In this document: piece after piece, positions 26,340-38,471 of the stretch
How positions within the stretch are numbered: position 1 is the first letter of the stretch
Layout of the letters: each line of letters opens with the position of its first letter
Assembly: GCA_964354025.1 (NCBI GenBank)
Contig: CAYGXQ010000004.1
Coordinates: 10,239-74,238 of the forward strand
Direction of reading: 5' to 3'
Origin: an uncultured Gammaproteobacteria bacterium
GTDB lineage: Bacteria; Patescibacteriota; Microgenomatia; 2-02-FULL-39-11
DNA: 64,000 bases
Translations under genes and position numbers: made by a program
Notes under the pieces: generated by a model
Database searches by the model: none
Seen by the model: the letters and a program-made list of their open reading frames with translations, nothing else
Told to the model about the DNA's origin: nothing

Positions 26340-29300
26340 ATGCCTATAGAGCGTATTCATGTTCAAAATGGCGATAGATCTACCAGAGTTGCCTTACCCG
26401 GAGGTATTGGTCTTAGGGGATTGACCGTGGGTGATACTCCTGATGTTGTCAGAATTTTGTCTGATCCTGATAATAGCAAGTACATGAATTTAACTTTTGA
26501 TCCTGCTGACCAAAATGCGGTACAAGGTTGGATAAGAGAGGTTGGAAACAGAGGTCTATATTTTGCTATTGAAAGAAAAAATAGACATGGCCCTTGTCAG
26601 GTGGTTGGCCATGTTGGATTAAAGCCCAGTGTATCTAACCAAGCCCAGGCTGAAATCGGAATTGTTTTGGATCATGACGAGCAAGAACGGGGAACAGCCA
26701 TGCAGGCGGTCTTGGCCGCTTTGCATATCGCAGACCGCTGCGGCATCACAACAGTACAAGCTCGAATCCATCCAGGAAATCACCGGAGCAGAAGACTATT
26801 CCGTCGTCTTGCCGGCTCGGAACATATGGGCACTGACGGATGCATCGTTGTTTCTCTTGACAGGCTGAAAAGATTAAAAAGCGGTTTTGATGGTTTATTT
26901 GACGAAGGCAGAAAATGGTTTTCCCACCAATTGGAAACGATTCCGTATCAGTCGCTCGACAGTTTTATCAGGCATTGGTTGGAAAATCTCTCGGAGGCAA
27001 TTCCTCAAGATGTACTACTGCAATATTGGGCTAAAACTGATCCTTCAAACGAGGTTCGCCAATTGGCTGACCAGGCCAAAGCAGGTGAACATCTGCCAAT
27101 TTCTCATTTCTGGTGGCAGCGTACAGTGGTGGAGACAGTGCTAAATTTAGACCCTCTGACAATTGAATATCTAAAACCGGAGACGATGAAACTCGCGGCG
27201 GAAAATTTTTTTGCCAATCCTTTAACCGCAAAAGAAGAGATCATAAAACTCGCTGATAAAACAACTAAAGAAGTGACGTGGGAACCTGTTGCCCATCTCA
27301 AATCAAATACAATTTTTAATGCCTGCTGTGCAGGATTATCCGAAGCCATGTCCAGAAGAGATCTGTCTCATGGATTTAACTCCGCACAAATGGGTTTTGA
27401 GATGGAAAACTACCGGACTTTTTTTATAAAAGTATTAGCAGATATCCGGGAACGAGCCACATTCTATGATACCCGTTTGCCTTACCAGAATATAGTGAGC
27501 ATTTGTGATGCTTTGGGGCTTTCTGAAACCGTGACAGGACTAAGTTGTGAACAACTGCGTTTTGTCTTGCCCTTATTTTGCCGGTATCTGGAGCTTTATA
27601 TTGCCAGCGCCACCTTGCTACCCAGAGGATACAACTTCGATAAAACTGATATGAGATTGAACTTGAAATATCTACTTGAGAGACATTTGAATTATCTTCG
27701 TCAACAGGCAGAAAACCATACAGAGGCATATGACCTGAATGAATTGCGCCAATTGGTTGATCCGGAAAAATTCCCTGAAATAACCGGCATCGTTGATGAT
27801 AAATTTTCACCCGGAGAAACCTTTTGGGCAGAATTGGCAAAAAAGGATACAGTTTCTATTCTTTCCCGGGAAACTTATCACGATACTCTTTGTTTCCAAT
27901 TGGAAAGGGGAGAGAAACAAAAAATTATTTATGTGCCGGTTGGCAACCAGTTATATCTTTCCGCGGCACTGGTGGCGGTGGAAGATTTTTTGACGCATCC
28001 GGAGGAATATCCAATTGGTTTGCATTTCCATGAATTTCTGGAAACGGTTCCGGCCGGCACCGGTCAAGAGATCAAAGCCCAGAGCGTCGGTGACATTTTA
28101 TATGTAACAACGTTAACAGCACTCCGCTATGCTAATACGGTGGCCGGTTGGCGGGTGCATTTCCGGCATGAAGCAGACCATCTTTGGTTCACCCGCAAAT
28201 ATGCCAAACTTTACCAGATGATTGGATCGCCAACGCACCTTGAAGGATGGCTTTATTACCTTCGCCATCGTTTTGATATGGCACTTTTCCGGCCGGAGAA
28301 TGGCAGATTACCGGTCTTTGGTCCGATGCAGCTTCTGATTGACGACTGGGAAAATTTTTCCGCCGGCAGATGGGGAGAGACTTGCGCCATCTGGTTTTAT
28401 ATTTGCGACAGATTGCGTTCTATTACTCCGGATCCGGTCAGGGATTTGGTAGATTTTTTATACCAACACTACGAAATAAACGGTGTGTTATCAATATTAG
28501 ATGATTTAGATGGAAATACTTTGTACGACAATCAGGAGTATTTTTTTCATATTTTTGCCAGATTTGTTTTTGAGAGACTTGACCGGTCCGGATTAAGTAA
28601 CCCTGAAACGGCTGTTTTGGCAACCGGCAATTTCCCCCTGATCATGATTGAGGCTTTGATGCAAGCGCCGGAAACCGCCTGGACTCAGTTGCCCGGAGTT
28701 AGGCAGCTTTATGGGAAAAAACATGCCGATGAGGTCATACCGGTATTAGAACGATTACGCAAACATCCGGAAGAATGGTATGCCTTGTTATATTTTACCC
28801 TTGAAGATGATTTCAAGCGGTGGAAACAACATGTCGACAAAAGATTAACCGCCATCGTTGATGATCAATTTGTAATTATTGACCCAGAAAGCTTTTCTAA
28901 TCCTGCTCTGAGAAGATTAATACAAATTCAAACTGAGAAGCTTGATGAAGCCGGATTTGACTATTTTAAATACAGAGATACACATCACCCTTTTTTGGTT
29001 GAAGATTTAGGGAGGCGATTGGACCAACAACTGAAGACAGATTTATTTAATAATAGTTTTGAAGGAAATGATGTACGGTTGACCTATTTATTCATGCGCT
29101 ACAAACTGCTGTGGGAATATACCAAACGGACTCATGAATGGAGTTCGGAGCAAATTGAAAGCAGATTGGATTTCTTAGAATCAACTCTCGAAGACATATT
29201 AGCGCATAATCAAACCAAAGGCGTATTTAGAGAATCTCTGGAAAGAACAGCAGAATATATCAGAAGTTGGATTGCCAAAACAAAAGAGGAATTGTCTGTC

Positions 29301-30266
29301 TATGAGATGAAATCGGTTGCCCCGGCCGGTAGTTTGGAGGCAAAAAGATCATCTGTTATCAAAGCTGAACCGGTGACTTCGGAGAAAAGAGCGCGGGTGG
29401 TAGATGTTCTAAAAGAAGCCAAAACTATCGGTAATTTCACTTGCGAAAAACAATTAATGTCATTTGCCACTAACAACGGCGGTGAATTATTTTTGTTTGA
29501 AGCCGCTGGTCAACAAAGGCTGGTTTTAAGAAGAGAGACGCCAATCCCGCAAGCGAGAATTATGTTTTCTCAAACTCAAAGGGATGAAGAATTAGTTAGT
29601 TGGTTAATAAGGAATTGGGGTGCAGAGTATATAGCATATACTTTATTAGCGGAACCGATCGATGGTATGGGAGAGCCGGCATTGAGAGAGGATCTGGTTG
29701 GTTATTTACCGGAAATTGCTTTAATGACCAATCCGGAAGTTGAACATAGTTTCCGCAGAGCTCTAAAAGCTCATCAGGGCTTGAAATATTATCCGTTATC
29801 CGGAAGTGATGAAGAGAAAGTAACTATTATGAGGTTATTTGATTTTTGGGATAGACAAGGGGCCAATCAACCTATTCCAATGTCGACAGCGATGGACAGA
29901 CGGTTTCTGGATATGTATTGGGGTGATTCGGATGTTTGGGGTGGACTGGCGATGATCGGCAAGCAGGCAGTTGGAGTGGAACTGGGAGCGCCGCATAGCG
30001 TCAGGCCTGATTATGCAACCGGGATAGTTTTAAAAACTGATCATCGATATATTGGCATCGGGACCTTTCTGCAGGTTGAAAGGGCAAAATTATTAGTTGA
30101 GCGAGGCTTTCGATATTTATGCTTTGGAGATCCCGGAACTACTCCAAAGCAATATCTCAATAAGAAACCGTTTTTAATACCAGGGGGTAAGGTAAATGTG
30201 TCTTATTCGTATAAACTTAAAGGACCGGAATTAGGGAATGAATTCCTGAAAGATTTTTATAGATAA
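26340..30266 (+). CDS. giant (1308 aa) protein with N-terminal GNAT acetyltransferase domain and C-terminal GNAT-like domain
   Basis: The N-terminal ~170 aa (…AEIGIVLDHDEQERGTAMQAVLAALHIADRCGITTVQARIHPGNHRSRRLFRRLAG) show a RimL/Acetyltransf_3-like pattern. The C-terminal …GIVLKTDHRYIGIGTFLQVERAKLLVERGFRYLCFGD is also GNAT-like. The middle ~950 aa is Trp/aromatic-rich with no match I recognise. Confidence 0.5.
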   Translation: MPIERIHVQNGDRSTRVALPGGIGLRGLTVGDTPDVVRILSDPDNSKYMNLTFDPADQNAVQGWIREVGNRGLYFAIERKNRHGPCQVVGHVGLKPSVSNQAQAEIGIVLDHDEQERGTAMQAVLAALHIADRCGITTVQARIHPGNHRSRRLFRRLAGSEHMGTDGCIVVSLDRLKRLKSGFDGLFDEGRKWFSHQLETIPYQSLDSFIRHWLENLSEAIPQDVLLQYWAKTDPSNEVRQLADQAKAGEHLPISHFWWQRTVVETVLNLDPLTIEYLKPETMKLAAENFFANPLTAKEEIIKLADKTTKEVTWEPVAHLKSNTIFNACCAGLSEAMSRRDLSHGFNSAQMGFEMENYRTFFIKVLADIRERATFYDTRLPYQNIVSICDALGLSETVTGLSCEQLRFVLPLFCRYLELYIASATLLPRGYNFDKTDMRLNLKYLLERHLNYLRQQAENHTEAYDLNELRQLVDPEKFPEITGIVDDKFSPGETFWAELAKKDTVSILSRETYHDTLCFQLERGEKQKIIYVPVGNQLYLSAALVAVEDFLTHPEEYPIGLHFHEFLETVPAGTGQEIKAQSVGDILYVTTLTALRYANTVAGWRVHFRHEADHLWFTRKYAKLYQMIGSPTHLEGWLYYLRHRFDMALFRPENGRLPVFGPMQLLIDDWENFSAGRWGETCAIWFYICDRLRSITPDPVRDLVDFLYQHYEINGVLSILDDLDGNTLYDNQEYFFHIFARFVFERLDRSGLSNPETAVLATGNFPLIMIEALMQAPETAWTQLPGVRQLYGKKHADEVIPVLERLRKHPEEWYALLYFTLEDDFKRWKQHVDKRLTAIVDDQFVIIDPESFSNPALRRLIQIQTEKLDEAGFDYFKYRDTHHPFLVEDLGRRLDQQLKTDLFNNSFEGNDVRLTYLFMRYKLLWEYTKRTHEWSSEQIESRLDFLESTLEDILAHNQTKGVFRESLERTAEYIRSWIAKTKEELSVYEMKSVAPAGSLEAKRSSVIKAEPVTSEKRARVVDVLKEAKTIGNFTCEKQLMSFATNNGGELFLFEAAGQQRLVLRRETPIPQARIMFSQTQRDEELVSWLIRNWGAEYIAYTLLAEPIDGMGEPALREDLVGYLPEIALMTNPEVEHSFRRALKAHQGLKYYPLSGSDEEKVTIMRLFDFWDRQGANQPIPMSTAMDRRFLDMYWGDSDVWGGLAMIGKQAVGVELGAPHSVRPDYATGIVLKTDHRYIGIGTFLQVERAKLLVERGFRYLCFGDPGTTPKQYLNKKPFLIPGGKVNVSYSYKLKGPELGNEFLKDFYR

Positions 30267-30454
30267 GACTTTTTCAGGAGATATAACATACTGGACAATT
30301 TATTTTTCCTGGAGTAAACTATCAGATACCACTCACGCTTTAACTGTTCGAGTATATACCCCTCTAATCCGCTCCCGATTAAATCGGGACCGGAATAAGA
30401 CGGGTATACATTATCATAAAACATTATTAACATTTATATTAATAAAAGGTATGG

Positions 30455-30483
30455 ATTCCTCCCGATTAAATCGGGACAGGAAT
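30455..30483 (+). promoter_or_regulatory. near-perfect 13-bp-stem hairpin overlapping the gdhA SD/start codon
   Basis: ATTCCTCCCGATTAAATCGGGACAGGAAT contains AGGAATG, with the annotated ATG at 30482. A sister copy TCCCGATTAAATCGGGAC lies at 30363-30380. Confidence 0.4.
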
Positions 30484-31813
30484 GACAATTATTAATATGA
30501 CTACAAAAATCAATCCTTTCGAAAACGCCATGGGGCAGTTAGAAAAAGCTTTAAAATATCTGAAACTGGAGAAATGGCAGATCGACCGTTTGAGAAACCC
30601 CGAAAAAATTATTTCCGTCAATTTTCCCGTCAAAATGGACAATGGTGAAACCAAGATTTTCCACGGATTTAGGGTACAACACAACAGTGCTCGAGGCCCA
30701 TACAAAGGTGGCATCCGTTATCATCCGCAAGTCGATATGGATGAGGTGAAGGCGCTGGCTTTCTGGATGGCGATCAAATGCGCGGTGGCAGATATCCCGA
30801 TGGGTGGAGGTAAAGGCGGGATCGAGGTTGACCCGAAAATTTTGTCGGAAAGCGAATTGGAAAGATTGAGTCGGGCTTATGCCAAGGCAATTTCGGCTGA
30901 CATCGGTCCTTATAAAGACGTACCGGCGCCGGATGTGAATACGACCCCGCAGATTATGAAGTGGATGGTTGACGAGTATATTAAAGATCAAAAATCAAAG
31001 ATCAAAAACATTAAGAAGAAAGAAATAAGCAAACTAATGGGGACGTTTACAGGGAAGCCGGTGGACTATGGTGGAAGTCTTGGAAGAACTGAAGCGACAG
31101 GTAGGGGAGGATCATATGTTTTGGAAGCATTACTTGCGAGAATGAAACTCAAGGGGCGGTACGGGAAAGAACTGACGGTAGCTGTCCAGGGATTTGGTAA
31201 TGTCGGTTTTTATATTGCTAAATTTTTACGCGAGATGGGGATGAGGATAGTGGCTCTCTCCGACTCCAAGGGAGCAATTGTCGTCAAAAACATAGAGAAG
31301 GACGGTTTCAATCCGGATTTGGTCTTGAAATGCAAGAAAGAGAAAGGGGAACTTTCAAGCTGTTATTGCGTTGGTTCTGTTTGTGACTTGTCTTTTGGAA
31401 AAACACTGACCAATGAAGAACTTCTGGAATTGCCGGTGGATATTCTGGTACCATCAGCTTTGGAAAACCAGATTACCGGAAAAAATGCCGGTAGGATAAA
31501 AGCCAAGGCGATTCTTGAGATGGCCAATGGACCAACAACTCCGGAAGCAGACGTGATTTTGCATAAGAGTGGAATTCCGGTTGTGCCGGATGTTTTGTCC
31601 AATTCAGGCGGAGTAACCGTTTCCTGTTTTGAGTGGGAACAGAATCTGAAAGCCCAACATTGGACGGAAAAAGCGGTGAATGCCAAATTGAAACAGAAGA
31701 TGGTGAAGGCTCTTGAAATGGTTTGGGAAACCTCAAAACGGGAAAAAACGGATTTGCGGACAGCCGCCTTCATCGTCGCTATAAGAAGAATTATGGATAA
31801 AACAAGGGGTTGA
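30482..31813 (+). CDS. gdhA: Glu/Leu/Phe/Val-type glutamate dehydrogenase
   Basis: KGGIRYHP…MGGGKGGI (substrate/Lys motif) and a C-terminal NAD(P) Rossmann GFGNVG. Carries an in-frame KDQKSKIKNIKKKEISK low-complexity insertion. The true start may be the second ATG at 30497. Confidence 0.85.
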   Translation: MTIINMTTKINPFENAMGQLEKALKYLKLEKWQIDRLRNPEKIISVNFPVKMDNGETKIFHGFRVQHNSARGPYKGGIRYHPQVDMDEVKALAFWMAIKCAVADIPMGGGKGGIEVDPKILSESELERLSRAYAKAISADIGPYKDVPAPDVNTTPQIMKWMVDEYIKDQKSKIKNIKKKEISKLMGTFTGKPVDYGGSLGRTEATGRGGSYVLEALLARMKLKGRYGKELTVAVQGFGNVGFYIAKFLREMGMRIVALSDSKGAIVVKNIEKDGFNPDLVLKCKKEKGELSSCYCVGSVCDLSFGKTLTNEELLELPVDILVPSALENQITGKNAGRIKAKAILEMANGPTTPEADVILHKSGIPVVPDVLSNSGGVTVSCFEWEQNLKAQHWTEKAVNAKLKQKMVKALEMVWETSKREKTDLRTAAFIVAIRRIMDKTRG

Positions 31814-31885
31814 CAAGAAGCTTTTAGTCTGGTATTTTTAGTAAACTTTATACATTATTATATAGGTTTAATAAGGAGATTAATT

Positions 31886-32647
31886 ATGCCTGAGGAAAAA
31901 ACTTCTGCCAAGAATAATTATTTAAAATATGGATTGATTGGTCTTTTGGTGGTTGCCGCTTTTGCTATTGGTAGCCTTTATACCAAAGTCCAGACTCTTG
32001 AAAAAGGTGGAAAAGTAGCTGGAGTTCAGGAGGGCCAGCCGACCCAACCGGCGAAAGTAGATGTCAAAGTAACTGACGATGATCCGCAAAAAGGTCCGAA
32101 AAATGCTAAAGTAACGGTCGTGAATTTTTCCGATTTCCAGTGTCCTTTTTGTGGCGCATATTCGGGGCACAATACCGAGCTGGTAAAAACTATGCAGCAA
32201 AGGGATGCTTCTTGGCAGGCGGCAGAGACCAATATTTTGAAGGAATACGTTGACAGCGGTAAAGCCAGATTTGTCTGGAAAGATTATCCTTTCCTTGGGC
32301 AGGAATCTATGGACGCGGCCGCAGCCGCCCGTTGTGCTCAGGACCAGGGAAAATTCTGGGAGTATCATGATTATCTTTTTGGAAACCAAAAAGGGGAGAA
32401 TCAGGGGCAGTTTTCCAAAGAGAATCTGAAGAAATTTGCGGCAACTTTGAAGTTGAACACCAAAGACTTCAATAATTGCGTCGATAGCGACAAGTATGCC
32501 AATAAAGTCAAAGACGCTATCGCTTACGGGCAAAGCGTTGGCGTCTCTGGTACGCCGGCTACCTTCGTCAATGGCAACTTAATCTCCGGAGCGGCTCCTT
32601 TTGCCACTTTTAAGGCGGCGATAGAAGAGGAATTGAAGAAAAAATAA
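31886..32647 (+). CDS. DsbA-family thiol:disulfide oxidoreductase (membrane-anchored)
   Basis: N-terminal TM, then FSDFQCPFCGAY (CPFC thioredoxin-fold active site). Confidence 0.7.
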   Translation: MPEEKTSAKNNYLKYGLIGLLVVAAFAIGSLYTKVQTLEKGGKVAGVQEGQPTQPAKVDVKVTDDDPQKGPKNAKVTVVNFSDFQCPFCGAYSGHNTELVKTMQQRDASWQAAETNILKEYVDSGKARFVWKDYPFLGQESMDAAAAARCAQDQGKFWEYHDYLFGNQKGENQGQFSKENLKKFAATLKLNTKDFNNCVDSDKYANKVKDAIAYGQSVGVSGTPATFVNGNLISGAAPFATFKAAIEEELKKK

Positions 32648-32854
32648 AGGAATAAGAGTCAAGTTTGACCAATTGACAAAAACCTATTTCTTGGTAAAAT
32701 ATAATACTGCTTATTTAATGTTTAAGCATTTTGGGAAATTAACTGAAGGTTTTTATCCAAAAAGGATAATGAGAAAATCGCTTTTCATATTTTTATACCA
32801 GAAGAATACTTCATAGCGGCCTTCAGTTTCGTCTTCCAAAATTTCTAATTTTGC

Positions 32855-32927
32855 GGGCTCGTAGTTCAACCGGTAGAACATCTCATTTGCAATGAGAAGG
32901 TAGGCGGTTCGAGTCCGCCCGGGTCCA
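32855..32927 (+). tRNA. tRNA-Ala (anticodon UGC)
   Basis: Hand-folded cloverleaf: acceptor GGGCUCG/CGGGUCC with two GU pairs, D-stem GUUC/GAAC, anticodon stem UCUCA/UGAGA with loop UUUGCAA, T-arm GGCGG-UUCGAGU-CCGCC. No encoded CCA. Confidence 0.75.
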
Positions 32928-32932
32928 CTTTT

Positions 32933-32999
32933 TAGCGTCTAGAGGTTAGCGTTTAGCGTTTAGAAAAAACTATACGCTAGACGCTAGTAACTAAACGCT
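32933..32999. repeat. TAGCGTCTAG-unit palindromic element (between tRNA-Ala and 23S)
   Basis: TAGCGTCTAGAGGTTAGCGTTTAGCGTTTAG-AAAAAACTATA-CGCTAGACGCTAGTAACTAAACGCT. The right arm is 22/23 identical to the ruvA-ruvC copy. Confidence 0.65.
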
Positions 33000-33051
33000 G
33001 ATATTGGCTCTTTAAAAAGTGAATAGAATGTAAGTATTGGACACATCTTTA

Positions 33052-36116
<3,065 letters not shown>

Positions 36117-36183
36117 GATGTCAAGGATACTTATTCTATTCACTTTTTAAGGCGCTAAATAAGCACTTTTTACATTCGAATCT

Positions 36184-36299
36184 TTCGGTCTTTTGAGCGG
36201 AGTGGTACTACCTCTTCCCATACCGAACAGAATCGTAAAACGCTCCAGCGCCGACGATAGTTTAGGCGCAAGCCTAAGCGAAAATAGGTCAAGGCCGAA
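36184..36299 (+). rRNA. rrf: 5S ribosomal RNA
   Basis: …GGUACUACCUCUUCCCAUACCGAACAGAAUCGUAAAACGCUCCAGCGCCGA… matches the conserved 5S loop C/helix III regions. The terminal helix pairs UUCGGUC with GGCCGAA. Confidence 0.8.
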
Positions 36300-36367
36300 G
36301 GATTTGAGTGTAAAAAGCATATGCTATAATAAAGCAATCTTACAAAGAAAGGACGGTATGAGAACAA

Positions 36368-37468
36368 GTGAAAAAAAATCAGAAAAAAACAGCTTCCTCC
36401 CCCAAGGATAAAGAACCACAGACAATGGATGAATTGCTGGCAATGACCGGCGGTTTGCAGTTAAATCTCAAAAAAGGAACGACAGTTGAAGGTACAGTCA
36501 TTTCTGTTTCTCCCAGAGAAGTTTTAGTGGATATCGGCCGTAAAAGTTACGGTATAATCGCCGAATGGGAGCTTGAGCAGGTTAAGGAATTTACCGCTTC
36601 CCTTAAGCCGGGCGATAAAGTCGTGGCCCAAGTAATCAATCCGGAAAATGATTTGGGTTACGCCACTTTATCCCTTCGCCGGTCAAGCATGGAGCACCGC
36701 TGGACAAAACTTAACGAATTAAAAGAATCAGGAGCCGATTTGGAAGTGACCGGTTTAGAAACTGCCAAAGGGGGACTTTTGGTTGATTGGCAGGGACTTC
36801 GCGGTTTTATCCCTTCAACTCAACTTGAAGGCAGTCTGGCGGCAAATCCAGGCGGTTTGATAGGGAAAAGAATTAGAGTCAAAGTCCTCGAAGTTGACAG
36901 GTCGATAAACCGTCTGGTTTTATCGCAAAAAGCATCTGTTTTGGGTGTTACTCCAACAGTACAGAAAGAAAGATTGGAAAAAATAAAAGCCGGTGATACC
37001 CTCAAAGGCACCATTTCCGGGATTGCCCCTTTTGGTATCTTTGTGGATATTGATGGTTTGGAAGGTTTAGTCCATATTTCCGAGATTGCCTGGGAGAAAG
37101 TTGATAACCCGTCTGCTCTTTTTAAAGTCAATTCAGAAGTCGAAGTTTTAGTTTTGGACGTCAATAAAGACGAAGGTAAGCTTAATCTTTCCATAAAAAG
37201 ATTGACGCCGGATCCATGGAAAAATATTCTTGATCGTTATCCACATGAAACAGTCGTTACGGGCAAAGCAGTAAGAAATGCTTCATACGGGATTTTTGTT
37301 AAGCTTGAACCGGGGATTGAAGGTTTGATTCATATCAGTAAGTTGATTGCCGGACAGGAGCCGAAGATCGGTGACGAGATAGAATGTATGGTAGAAAATA
37401 TCGATCAGGTCAAGCGAAAAATTTCCCTCACTTTCCTTCCCAAAGAGAAACCGGTAGGGTACAGATAG
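36368..37468 (+). CDS. rpsA: 30S ribosomal protein S1
   Basis: Four tandem S1 (OB) repeats, each with the G.V.G.V..i…G.FV.i.g…GL.HiSe pattern. The start codon is ambiguous: GTG at 36368 or ATG at 36425. Confidence 0.8.
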   Translation: MKKNQKKTASSPKDKEPQTMDELLAMTGGLQLNLKKGTTVEGTVISVSPREVLVDIGRKSYGIIAEWELEQVKEFTASLKPGDKVVAQVINPENDLGYATLSLRRSSMEHRWTKLNELKESGADLEVTGLETAKGGLLVDWQGLRGFIPSTQLEGSLAANPGGLIGKRIRVKVLEVDRSINRLVLSQKASVLGVTPTVQKERLEKIKAGDTLKGTISGIAPFGIFVDIDGLEGLVHISEIAWEKVDNPSALFKVNSEVEVLVLDVNKDEGKLNLSIKRLTPDPWKNILDRYPHETVVTGKAVRNASYGIFVKLEPGIEGLIHISKLIAGQEPKIGDEIECMVENIDQVKRKISLTFLPKEKPVGYR

Positions 37469-37475
37469 TAACCTT

Positions 37476-38390
37476 TTAATTACAATTTGCACCGGGTGTC
37501 ATTGTACAGGTGAAGTAACTACGCGACCAATTGACGTTTCCTCCAGTATCAGCGGCTTTCACTTCTTGATTGCAAACTTGTACGGTACATCTGGAAAGCT
37601 CTCTGCAATCTCTTGTGGTTTCATCACGATAAGGTTTTTGATCAGGCTTAAGCATCCAATCGGGAACATCACAATTACAGATTCCAAAACCACACCCGCA
37701 AAATTTGCCATTTACATGTTTAGTACACAAGGTTTTATTACTGTCAACTGGGGTTGTCGGTGTATTAGTAATAATGGGAGGTATTGTTGGTGTTTCGTAG
37801 CCAATGGGAGAAGGTGCAGTAGGAAAAGAAGTTGGTAAAACTGTTGGTATACGGTTTCCAGCAGGGTAAGGTGTCGCTTCCCAAGGAGAAGATGTTGGTT
37901 GAATAGGATTTTGTATGTTATCTGACGGAGGGGATATTCCTCTGCCTCCGATAACGGCAAAAAATCCCTGGGCGATTTCGGCCACACCCGGAGGAAGGTT
38001 ATTAATAATCAATGGTAAAATATTTGCCGTAAAAAAATCTCCTGTTTCTTTTAGCGGAATATTTGACGGAGCCTCTATCGGAGGTTGAGAATCATCTCTG
38101 CCGCCAATACCAACGTTAATGGGGGCAATTGGCAGATTAATATCGATCTCAGGCAGGGCAGGAAGAGAAATATCTACTTGAGGAAGATCTATGCTTATTT
38201 GCGGATTAATATCAATCGTGGGAAGAGGCGGTAAGTTCACTTGCGCTTTTGATTGGGATGATAACCTGTATTTTATTTGAGAAGAAACAAGGACTGTCAG
38301 AAGAAGCAGTAATAATATTATTATTAATTTGAAATACGAAGAGGATGCTTCCCGTTTTTGATAATCAATACTTTTTTTAGAATTACTCAT
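37476..38390 (-). CDS. membrane-anchored Pro-rich protein with C-terminal Cys-rich domain
   Basis: N-terminal TM (LIIILLLLLLTVLV). IDINPQISIDLPQVDISLPALPEIDINLP repeats and a Pro/Thr-rich linker follow. The C-terminal ~90 aa contain 10 Cys. Confidence 0.35.
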   Translation of the reverse strand: MSNSKKSIDYQKREASSSYFKLIIILLLLLLTVLVSSQIKYRLSSQSKAQVNLPPLPTIDINPQISIDLPQVDISLPALPEIDINLPIAPINVGIGGRDDSQPPIEAPSNIPLKETGDFFTANILPLIINNLPPGVAEIAQGFFAVIGGRGISPPSDNIQNPIQPTSSPWEATPYPAGNRIPTVLPTSFPTAPSPIGYETPTIPPIITNTPTTPVDSNKTLCTKHVNGKFCGCGFGICNCDVPDWMLKPDQKPYRDETTRDCRELSRCTVQVCNQEVKAADTGGNVNWSRSYFTCTMTPGANCN

Positions 38391-38471
38391 ATTCTTACAA
38401 TAAGAATAAAAAAGGAAGATGTCAAATACGTATTGTAGATATCGTCAGATCTTTCTATAATGTCAAGATAG

